Virus record (IMG/VR): IMGVR_UViG_3300045988_120558
Location: 1-12,901 of that record
Source of the DNA: a virus
Direction: 5' to 3' (one strand)
DNA length: 12,901 nt
Shown here: piece by piece, positions 5,717 to 12,901 of the stretch
Position numbering within the stretch: position 1 is the first letter of the stretch
Layout: every line of letters starts with the position of its first letter
Position numbers and translations under genes: made by a program
The notes under the pieces: generated by a model
Told to the model about the DNA's origin: nothing
Database searches by the model: none
What the model saw: the letters and a program-made list of their open reading frames with translations, nothing else

Positions 5717-5742
5717 ACTTCCGGCAGAAAAGGAGAGATAAA

Positions 5743-6078
5743 ATGAAAGTAGATCAGATTTTAGAACTTGGTAAACTTGGATTCTCAAAAAATGAGATCA
5801 TTGGGATTCTGAACACTCAGAACATGACTGGGCTTAATCAGATCACAAGCCCACAGGCTACAGAACAGATTCAGAATCTGGGGCAGCAGGTTACAAATAC
5901 TCCACTGAATCTGACAGCACAGACAGGACAGGATGCAACCAATACAGCCCTGCTTACAGCCATCAATACGTTGACTGCTACGTTACAGGCTGGGAACCTG
6001 TCAGCATCTGGAAAAAGTGTAAATAGCCCACGTACTTCTGAGAATGTGGCAGAAGATCTCATGAAGCTTATGAATTAA
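5743..6078 (+). CDS. Putative scaffolding protein (111 aa)
   Basis: It lies immediately upstream of the capsid gene, as phi29 gp7 does, and is of similar size. It is Q/T/N/L-rich and looks helical. SD AAGGAGAG (5730-5737). The call is positional only. Confidence 0.4.
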   Translation: MKVDQILELGKLGFSKNEIIGILNTQNMTGLNQITSPQATEQIQNLGQQVTNTPLNLTAQTGQDATNTALLTAINTLTATLQAGNLSASGKSVNSPRTSENVAEDLMKLMN

Positions 6079-6093
6079 GGAGGTGTAAATAAT

Positions 6094-7290
6094 ATGGCGA
6101 ACAGTTTAGTTGTGCAGGACGCCTATCCTATCATTAATGAATTGTACAAAATGGCTACTGGTCGTGAAAATCTTAAAGCAATAGACACAAGCTCTTTTGT
6201 TGCAGTTGGTGAAACCATGTTGCGGACAGGTGTAGAGCCAACACTGAAAGCACTCAGTCAGTGGTGTGGAAAAACGTATTTTGAAATGGAAAAATACAGA
6301 TCTGGTGTGTTCCGCTCAATCATTGAGGATAATGAACGATGGGGAGCTATCATACGTGAGATCATCACATTGCCAAACGATGCGGAGGCATCGCAGGATT
6401 GGAATACAGATCTGAACGAAAACCAGCTTGCCAACGGTCAGTCTGTAGACATGTACAAGATTAATGCTCCAAAAGTGGTGGAGTTGAAATTCTACGGAAG
6501 CAAGGTTTTACAGTCTCATCTTACACGTTTTCGGGATCAGCTGGCACTTGCTTTTTCCAATGAAGCAGAGTTTCTGATGTTTGTAAGTAGCTATATGACA
6601 GCTTATTACAATGACATTGAATCCAGAAATGAAGCAAAACGCAGACTGACGGTGCTTAACTTCATGGCAGGCATTTCCTCCATTGGAACAAATGAAGTGG
6701 ATCTGGTAAAAGCTTACAATACAGAGTATGGAACAGAACTCACACGTAAGCAGCTTTTAAGTCCTGAACATCATAAAGATTTCATGGCTTTTGTAGTATC
6801 AAGAGTTAAGAAAGATTCAAAGAAGATGCAGGACAGAACCACAAAGTATCATATGAATCTGACTGGAAAGGACATCTTGCGATTCACAAGACCAGAGAAT
6901 CAGAAGTTGCTTATGTACACTGATTTTTGGATTGACAGCGAAACGCAGGTACTTCCGGAGGTATTTAATGATAAATATTTGAAAATTGGTGACATGGAGC
7001 TTGTAAACGGCTGGCAGGAGTTCGACAGCCCGGCTATCAATATCACACCGAACATCATTGATGCTGACGGAGTTTCAAAGACAGCCACTACAGCTGTAAG
7101 CCTGCCATATGTACTCGGTTTGCTTTACGATCGTAGAGCTATGGGCGTAAATAATCAATGGATGTACTCAGCGACTACACCATTCAATGCAGCTGGTGGC
7201 TACTACAACATCTATGACCATTACCGTTTTAATGCATGGAATAATTTTACGCACAATGCAATTCTTTACGTTCTGGGGGAGGGTGTATAA
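6094..7290 (+). CDS. Major capsid protein (398 aa)
   Basis: This is the largest head-region ORF. It carries a very strong SD, AAGGAGGTG, and follows the scaffold-like gene. Size and position match phi29-like gp8-type capsid proteins. I cannot verify any specific motif by eye. Confidence 0.65.
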   Translation: MANSLVVQDAYPIINELYKMATGRENLKAIDTSSFVAVGETMLRTGVEPTLKALSQWCGKTYFEMEKYRSGVFRSIIEDNERWGAIIREIITLPNDAEASQDWNTDLNENQLANGQSVDMYKINAPKVVELKFYGSKVLQSHLTRFRDQLALAFSNEAEFLMFVSSYMTAYYNDIESRNEAKRRLTVLNFMAGISSIGTNEVDLVKAYNTEYGTELTRKQLLSPEHHKDFMAFVVSRVKKDSKKMQDRTTKYHMNLTGKDILRFTRPENQKLLMYTDFWIDSETQVLPEVFNDKYLKIGDMELVNGWQEFDSPAINITPNIIDADGVSKTATTAVSLPYVLGLLYDRRAMGVNNQWMYSATTPFNAAGGYYNIYDHYRFNAWNNFTHNAILYVLGEGV

Positions 7291-7601
7291 TGATTTATTT
7301 TGACGTAACAGTTTCTGAACCTACTATAATTCCGTTAGATGATACAGTAGGCATAAAAAGGATTGTGATTTTAAATAATGGGGATACTAACTCTGCTACC
7401 GGCTTAATGTTAACTGATAATAGTCTTGTTTTATTGGCAAAAACAGAGCTTGTTGATTTTACTTTTCCCGAAACCCCGTACGGATATCCTGCCCCATCAT
7501 GTTTCTTTATTTCTGTTATTGGTAATAGTACAGCTCTTGTTATGATAGAAACAAGCCCATTTGTAAATGTCAACTATTTTGAAAAAAGGGAGGTTAAATA
7601 G
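7290..7601 (+). CDS. Hypothetical structural protein (103 aa; occupies the head-fibre/decoration position)
   Basis: The start is coupled (TAATG) to the capsid gene, with SD GGGGGAGGG upstream. The composition looks beta-rich. I recognise no motif. Confidence 0.5.
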   Translation: MIYFDVTVSEPTIIPLDDTVGIKRIVILNNGDTNSATGLMLTDNSLVLLAKTELVDFTFPETPYGYPAPSCFFISVIGNSTALVMIETSPFVNVNYFEKREVK

Positions 7602-7606
7602 AAATA

Positions 7607-7828
7607 ATGGATACTTTTCTAACTGTTCTGGGAAACTATGCTTTTCCGATCGTATGCTGTTGTGTTATGGCCTACTTTGTAAAATACATGTACGATCAGA
7701 CCAATCAGAGAGTTGATAAACTCAACGAAGAACATAAAAACGAAGTTGATACACTTTCTGATGTTATCAAAAACAACACACTTGCTATTGAAAAAATGAA
7801 CTCGTTAATTGAACACTTAGAAAAATAG
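7607..7828 (+). CDS. Holin, BhlA/UviB-like (73 aa)
   Basis: An N-terminal transmembrane segment (FLTVLGNYAFPIVCCCVMAYFV) is followed by a charged coiled-coil tail (DKLNEEHKNEVDTL...IEKMNSLIEHLEK). This is the same architecture, with local matches (NEV, IEK), as SPbeta BhlA. It sits directly upstream of the endolysin. Confidence 0.7.
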   Translation: MDTFLTVLGNYAFPIVCCCVMAYFVKYMYDQTNQRVDKLNEEHKNEVDTLSDVIKNNTLAIEKMNSLIEHLEK

Positions 7829-7838
7829 GGATGATAAC

Positions 7839-8489
7839 ATGACAGCGAACGAACTTGTTGAAAATGCAAAGGAATTATTTGGAGTTAGATATGTGTGGGG
7901 TGGTTCAACCCCCACACAGGGACTTGATTGTTCCGGATTGCTTTATTGGATACAAAAGATGGCAGGATCAGAAGTTGGTAGATTGACTGCATCCAGTTAT
8001 TCCAAAATTGGAACAAAGATTCCAATTGGGCAGCAAAAAGTAGGTGATTTTCTATTTTTTGGAACTCCAGTTACTCACTGCGCCATTTTTATTGGCAATG
8101 GCTATATGATTGAAAGCAGGGGAGGCAGAAAAAACACACCCTACAACCCTGGTATTGGGGTGGTCAAAAGCCTTGTCACTCGTAGGTCTGACTTATCCTG
8201 CATCCGCAGAGTATGGGATGAAAAAAGCCCATCTTATGAAATAGGTAGAACCTATACTACTGTCGTAGATCACTTGCATGTACGCTATTCAGTATGGGGG
8301 CAGATCAAAGAGTATGCACAGTTAACACGGGACGGAATGAAACATGCCTATCCTGATGGATGCTTGAAAAAAGGAACTGCGGTCACGATAAAAGATATCA
8401 AAAAGGATGAGACCGGAGCAACGTGGGTACGGATTCCATCTGGCTGGATATGTGCAATTACAGCAAAAGGTGAGGTATATGTAAAATGA
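7839..8489 (+). CDS. Endolysin: NlpC/P60 (C40) endopeptidase with a C-terminal SH3b-like wall-binding domain (216 aa)
   Basis: The N-terminal signature is YVWGGSTPTQGLDCSGLLYW (catalytic Cys31), followed by GDFLFFG...THCAIFIGNGYMIES (His80). The C-terminal ~80 aa (GTAVTIKDIKKDETGATWVRIPSGWI) look SH3b-like. Confidence 0.9.
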   Translation: MTANELVENAKELFGVRYVWGGSTPTQGLDCSGLLYWIQKMAGSEVGRLTASSYSKIGTKIPIGQQKVGDFLFFGTPVTHCAIFIGNGYMIESRGGRKNTPYNPGIGVVKSLVTRRSDLSCIRRVWDEKSPSYEIGRTYTTVVDHLHVRYSVWGQIKEYAQLTRDGMKHAYPDGCLKKGTAVTIKDIKKDETGATWVRIPSGWICAITAKGEVYVK

Positions 8490-9829
8490 CAGATATTATT
8501 TTATTTCATTTTTCCAAACGAAAAAACAGTACCAAAAGACCAACAGGACAGGGGACAACCGTCCCCTGTCTTTTAAAATCAAACACTACTTTTCAGAATC
8601 CAGTGTTTAAATTAAAATTATCATTAGATAATGCATTGCAATACAACTATTTACAATGGGCCGACCATTACTATTTTATCAATTCGACGGTGTCATTAAA
8701 TAATGACATGGTTGAGATCTCAGCGAGTGAGGATATGTTAGCTACCTACCGGACAGAGATCAGCAACTATACATGCTTTATTGAGCGTTCTGCTAAGCAG
8801 AATACGCTTGCAAATGATTCCATGTATATCCCTACAAATGAATGGGTAAGTCAGCCCACGATCGTAGGGCAGCCGATAAATACATTTGTGAATGGATATG
8901 CTAGAAACTATCTGCTGCGGACTATTTCAGTAGAGGGGATAAGCACTTATTATGTCACAGGAAGCCAATTAGATGATCTAATGGAATTTATGTACACTTA
9001 TGGATCCATCCCGGATGTGATTGAGTCAGCACTTACACGTTTGCTTTTTAATCCGTTTCAATACATTGTTGACTTGAAATGGCTGCCATTCCGATTAAGC
9101 GTATTCCTTAATATTGCCGATAATATCAAACTTGGCTACTGGGACAGCAATGTAACTGCTGCATTAATTAATGATGCAACATGCACTTTTTCCTACGATT
9201 TAAGCCTTGGTAATCCCTTATATGCTGATAGTGATTTTAGATTTTACAATCCTGCTTTTTCAAAGTATAGTGTGAAGCTTCCATTTGTAGGGGTTATTCC
9301 TGTAAATCCAACAAAGACACATAAGGGTCAGTTAAAAGCCACTTATAACTTTGATGCTGTTTCTGGCATGGCTGACGTTTGGCTTACTTCCGGATCAGAT
9401 GAATATGCACACTTTCAATGTCAGCTTGCCGTCCCAATACAAATTGGATATGCTACAACAAACATTGGCCAGCTTACGACAAGCTTGATAGATACAGCCA
9501 CAAGTGCTGTCACAATGAATCCAATTAAGGCAACCACAAGCATTGTAGATGCATTTCAAAGTGTTACAGCCCCAGAGCCCAACATGGTAGGTACAGTTGG
9601 CAATATTTCATCAATACTCAATAACATGGATGCAAACAGTATCTGCTATGCCTGCACAAGCATAGATCCAGATGGCACAAGTGAGGGTTATATAGATGGT
9701 ACTGTCCGCAGTATTTCTGCACTGAGTGGTTTTGTAAAATGCAGAAATGCATCTATACAGATTGCAGGATTCGAGGGAGATCAAGAACAGGTGAACAGCT
9801 ACCTAAATAATGGATTTTATTTTGAATAA
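8486..9829 (+). CDS. Tail knob / major tail protein (phi29 gp9-like), 447 aa
   Basis: It occupies the gp9 position immediately upstream of the connector. The N-terminal pattern (NPVFKLKL...NYLQWADHYYFINSTVSLNNDMVEISASEDMLATYRTEI) resembles the conserved gp9 N-domain (SYIMFQN...WFYAFVTELEFKN...FEIDVLQTW). The start overlaps the endolysin stop (ATGA). Confidence 0.6.
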   Translation: MTDIILFHFSKRKNSTKRPTGQGTTVPCLLKSNTTFQNPVFKLKLSLDNALQYNYLQWADHYYFINSTVSLNNDMVEISASEDMLATYRTEISNYTCFIERSAKQNTLANDSMYIPTNEWVSQPTIVGQPINTFVNGYARNYLLRTISVEGISTYYVTGSQLDDLMEFMYTYGSIPDVIESALTRLLFNPFQYIVDLKWLPFRLSVFLNIADNIKLGYWDSNVTAALINDATCTFSYDLSLGNPLYADSDFRFYNPAFSKYSVKLPFVGVIPVNPTKTHKGQLKATYNFDAVSGMADVWLTSGSDEYAHFQCQLAVPIQIGYATTNIGQLTTSLIDTATSAVTMNPIKATTSIVDAFQSVTAPEPNMVGTVGNISSILNNMDANSICYACTSIDPDGTSEGYIDGTVRSISALSGFVKCRNASIQIAGFEGDQEQVNSYLNNGFYFE

Positions 9830-9845
9830 AAGGAGGAAAGAAAAC

Positions 9846-10766
9846 ATGTGGACACCGGTTAATTTTGACAAGATCAACATCTGCACAAATTATTTCCAAC
9901 CATCCGGAATCAAAGTCAACAGCTTATATACTGATACATTTGATAGGATGCTTTACGAGAGGGTATGTTCTATTCTTGACATCACATACAATGGAAGCAT
10001 TGATATTGACTATTTCAAATATTGCCTGCTTTTTGGGGGGTATATTTGCATCACAAAGACAGATCTTTATGGATTGATCGCACAGTATCCAACGCTGACA
10101 GGCTACAATATTTACTTTAAACCAACGACAGCAAGCATACATACGTATGCAAGCAACGCTGTAATTGACATGGAAGACATGGAGATCGGAAAAGACTGTT
10201 CTGTCATCTATCTCAGACCAACTTTCTGCGGAATTGGAGATATCATCGGGTTTTACAGCTACAAACTGGCACTTGTAGCATCTGCCCTTGATATGAATGT
10301 GTTTAATTCAAAACTTGCTTTTCTGATAGCTGCGAAAAACAAAGCAGCAGCTCAGACGCTGAAAAAAATTTATGAAAGTATACAGGCTGGTAACCCAGTT
10401 GAGGCTTTTGATGTATCCATAAAAACAGAAGACAGACAGGGAAGCAAGCAGGATGCGTGGGAGACATTCAACAAAGATTTGAAGCAGAACTTCATTACAC
10501 CGGAGCTGATTGAAGTGTTCGAGAAACTTTTGGATCAGTTCGACACGGAAGTAGGAATTCCCTCTGTCGGATCCGATAAAAAAGAACGTCTGAATGTGCT
10601 TGAGACAAGCAAAAATGATGCAGAATCAGTAACACGGCTTACGACATGGCTTGAGACAATGCAAGCAGGGGTTGACATGACAAACAGACTTTATCCGGAG
10701 ATGAATCTGTCAATCAAGATCAGAAGCTATGAAACTGCGGAGGTGAAAACTTATGGGACTTTATAA
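9846..10766 (+). CDS. Head-tail connector / upper collar (portal), phi29 gp10-like, 306 aa
   Basis: SDKKERLNVLETSKNDAESVT matches phi29 gp10 [27 protein letters not shown]...LALVASALDMNVFNSKLAFLIAAKN matches VVIYNND...[25 protein letters not shown]. The size matches (309 aa in phi29). I place the start at ATG 9846 (AGGAGG 9831-9836) rather than the track's 9810. Confidence 0.85.
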   Translation: MWTPVNFDKINICTNYFQPSGIKVNSLYTDTFDRMLYERVCSILDITYNGSIDIDYFKYCLLFGGYICITKTDLYGLIAQYPTLTGYNIYFKPTTASIHTYASNAVIDMEDMEIGKDCSVIYLRPTFCGIGDIIGFYSYKLALVASALDMNVFNSKLAFLIAAKNKAAAQTLKKIYESIQAGNPVEAFDVSIKTEDRQGSKQDAWETFNKDLKQNFITPELIEVFEKLLDQFDTEVGIPSVGSDKKERLNVLETSKNDAESVTRLTTWLETMQAGVDMTNRLYPEMNLSIKIRSYETAEVKTYGTL

Positions 10767-11442
10767 GATAACGATAGCAGGGCTTTACGAATGGAATAAT
10801 ACTCTGTTTGACAAGATGGAATTCCCAGAATCAGCAGACAAGCAGAATTTTATTGATTGCTTGCTTCTATCCTATGGAGATTGCGAACCACTTTATCCTG
10901 ACTGGGAGTTTATGCATGATAGTGCTATTCCTGCATGGAGTAGAAAATGGAAAAGTAGCATTGACAAGGTTTATAAAGTGTTAGACTTACTTAACTATGA
11001 ACCAATTGAAAACTATGACCGCTATGAAGAATGGACAGATAGCCCCGATCTGACACGGACAAGTCAAAGCTCCGGGCAGGATATAAACAGGGCAGAAGCA
11101 GGACAGGGAACCACTACGACCAACTCTGGGGCAGATACAGCTACCAATGAAGTAAGTGCTTTTAATGATGCAAGCTACAGCCCGAACGAAAAAACGACAA
11201 CGGAGTATGGTGGCAGTACAACAGTGCAAAGTTATGGAGAAAACAAAAATACGTTTGAATACGGAAAAGGTGAAACAAGCAGAGAGACAGGACAGAATAA
11301 GCACTCTGGGCGTATTCATGGCAACATTGGGGTTACTACCTCTCAGCAGATGATCCAGTCAGAGCTTGAGTTACGGATACAAAGCTTTATTGATTACTGT
11401 ACTGGGCTATTTGCACAGGATCTGCTTTTATTAATTTATTAA
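10753..11442 (+). CDS. Lower collar / head-tail adaptor candidate (229 aa)
   Basis: It follows the connector, as phi29 gp11 does. SD GGAGGTG (10739-10745). It has a central low-complexity S/T/G/N-rich segment and a conserved-looking C-terminus (HGNIGVTTSQQMIQSELELR). The call is mainly positional. Confidence 0.5.
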   Translation: MGLYKITIAGLYEWNNTLFDKMEFPESADKQNFIDCLLLSYGDCEPLYPDWEFMHDSAIPAWSRKWKSSIDKVYKVLDLLNYEPIENYDRYEEWTDSPDLTRTSQSSGQDINRAEAGQGTTTTNSGADTATNEVSAFNDASYSPNEKTTTEYGGSTTVQSYGENKNTFEYGKGETSRETGQNKHSGRIHGNIGVTTSQQMIQSELELRIQSFIDYCTGLFAQDLLLLIY

Positions 11443-11455
11443 GGAGGAATAAATT

Positions 11456-12712
11456 ATGTTTTTCAGATACCCACATAGTGGATCACACGAAATGAACTTA
11501 GACTGGCTGCTTAAAGTTGGCAAACAGGCTGACAAAGACCACGAAGAGTGGACACACATTAAAGACACTGCTCAGACAATGATTGATGATGCAATCCAGA
11601 AAAGCCTGGATGATGGAGAGATCGGAAAAGTAGTAAATGATGCCACTACAAAAGTAATCACAGAACAGATTGACCCATTAAAAGAACAGGTTGGAACAAA
11701 TAGAACTGAGATCGCAAAGTTACAAAAAAGAGAAGGACTTTTTGACCATTCTGGGAAAACCATCATCATCGGAGATAGCTACACCGTTGGTTATACACCA
11801 GATGGGAATATAACACCGTGGACTACTAACTTTATCAAGTACACAGGGCTTGAGGATGTCACAATCTCCGCAAATGGGGGGGCTTCTTTCTCAACAGCTA
11901 ATAATTCATTCCTTATGCTTTTAAATGATGTACCCCCTTCTAATGAGGTCAAACAGATCCTTGTTGTAGGTGGATTTAATGAGTTTGGAAGCTACTCAGA
12001 AATTGAAAATGCAATCAATGCTTTTATGGGAGTGGCAGAAGTGAGATTTCCGAATGCAAAAGTATTTTCCGCTATGGTAGCATGGTCAGTAGATCGGACG
12101 GATGACCCAACTGTACAGAATAGGCTCAAGACTGCAAAATCCGTTTATAACAGTCAGCGTAAAAATTGGAGGTATTTGACAGGCTCAGACTATATTTTGC
12201 ATGCCGACGGCTTTCTGGGTTCTGATGGCTTCCATCCAAACACAACAGGACAGGAGAGACTTGCAAGCTATCTTGCTACCGCTGTTGAAACGGGATCATG
12301 CAGTCCATCATTTTATGAAGTTATCGCCAACTTTGAAGCTGGCGACTTTACAGCTACACTAGGTTCAAGCTGGACTTTTATAAGCTCATACAATGAGAAC
12401 ACAAGCACTCTGATCTGGAGCAACTATGTTTGTTTCCCAAACAGCGGAACACTTACATGTGATGGCACTGAATACCGTTTGGGGCGGATTTTCTCAACTT
12501 CTTTTATTGGAGATCACAATGGCTACACATGCTATCCAACAACCGTGATCGTTAAGTCTGTCAGCGATTTCTTTCACATCCCTGCACAGCTTAATTTCCG
12601 AGGCCGACATATTTATTTAAGCTTATACGATATTTCAGATGATAAGCACAATTACCGAACTTTGACAGAGGTTACACAGGTGCAGATTCATAGAGGTTCT
12701 ATTACCATGTAA
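11456..12712 (+). CDS. Tail appendage / receptor-binding protein with a central SGNH (GDSL) esterase domain, 418 aa
   Basis: SGNH blocks are readable: block I IIIGDSYTVGY (Ser108), block II SANGGASF, block III VVGGFNEF, block V SDGFHPNTTG (D-x-x-H). The N-terminal ~95 aa are coiled-coil-like, and the C-terminal ~130 aa form a separate beta-looking domain. It is the last gene, in the phi29 gp12 position. SD AAGGAGGA. Confidence 0.75.
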   Translation: MFFRYPHSGSHEMNLDWLLKVGKQADKDHEEWTHIKDTAQTMIDDAIQKSLDDGEIGKVVNDATTKVITEQIDPLKEQVGTNRTEIAKLQKREGLFDHSGKTIIIGDSYTVGYTPDGNITPWTTNFIKYTGLEDVTISANGGASFSTANNSFLMLLNDVPPSNEVKQILVVGGFNEFGSYSEIENAINAFMGVAEVRFPNAKVFSAMVAWSVDRTDDPTVQNRLKTAKSVYNSQRKNWRYLTGSDYILHADGFLGSDGFHPNTTGQERLASYLATAVETGSCSPSFYEVIANFEAGDFTATLGSSWTFISSYNENTSTLIWSNYVCFPNSGTLTCDGTEYRLGRIFSTSFIGDHNGYTCYPTTVIVKSVSDFFHIPAQLNFRGRHIYLSLYDISDDKHNYRTLTEVTQVQIHRGSITM

Positions 12713-12725
12713 ATATAAAATATGA

Positions 12726-12754
12726 TAGCCCAGCGGTATGCTGGGCTATTTTTT
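12726..12754 (+). terminator. Rho-independent terminator of the late operon
   Basis: A 9-bp stem pairs tagcccagc (12726-12734) with gctgggcta (12740-12748). The loop is ggtat, followed by a T6 run (12749-12754). It begins 14 nt after the last stop codon. Confidence 0.85.
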
Positions 12755-12784
12755 ATACTTCTACCATGAGCTTATTCAACAGCT

Positions 12785-12901
12785 TTATAGTTACCTAGCA
12801 AGAATCATGCCAGTTTTACAATTATGAACGAAATATGAACGAAATATGAACAGATTGGGGAAATCTTAACAATTTATTCATAGGTTTGTCTTGCCAAGTT
12901 T
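12785..12901. repeat. Right inverted terminal repeat
   Basis: It is the reverse complement of 1-117 (116/117). It contains the mirrored 11-bp tandem repeat at 12823-12851. Confidence 0.95.

Noticed and set aside
9810-9845. Upstream extension of the connector ORF (MDFILNKRRKEN).
   Set aside because: There is no SD. The AGGAGG at 9831-9836 is positioned for ATG 9846, and the extension overlaps the tail knob gene.
1-12901. Lysogeny, defence or anti-CRISPR modules, integrase, and att sites.
   Set aside because: No integrase-, recombinase- or repressor-like ORF and no flanking host sequence is visible. The element reads as a strictly lytic linear genome.

Overview
The window is bounded exactly by a 117-bp inverted terminal repeat: 1-117 equals the reverse complement of 12785-12901, with one mismatch. 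The simplest reading is a complete ~12.9-kb linear dsDNA genome of a small phi29-like, protein-primed podovirus infecting a Gram-positive (Bacillota-type) host. Host support comes from AGGAGG-type ribosome-binding sites, sigmaA-type promoters, a BhlA-like holin, an NlpC/P60-SH3 endolysin and a SpoVG homologue. All credible genes are on the + strand and tightly packed, often with ATGA or TAATG overlaps. Reading left to right: ITR, palindromic operators and a perfect consensus promoter, then small early proteins. Next come a candidate terminal protein and a family-B protein-primed DNA polymerase with all Exo and Pol motifs readable. A cluster of very small ORFs follows; four of them fall below the supplied ORF track's size cut-off. 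Then a SpoVG-like protein is translationally coupled to a phi29 gp16-type packaging ATPase. A second near-consensus promoter fires directly into a GC-rich ~70-nt three-way-junction RNA element. The late genes follow: scaffold-like protein, major capsid, holin, endolysin, tail knob, gp10-like connector, lower collar and an SGNH-esterase tail appendage. A clean intrinsic terminator and the right ITR close the genome. The items most worth follow-up are the genome itself (small, unidirectional, long ITR), the promoter-driven structured RNA next to the packaging ATPase (possible pRNA analogue or late-leader switch), the SpoVG-ATPase coupling, and the repeat and operator architecture at the left end. 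All homology statements rest on motifs I recognise by eye; no searches were run.
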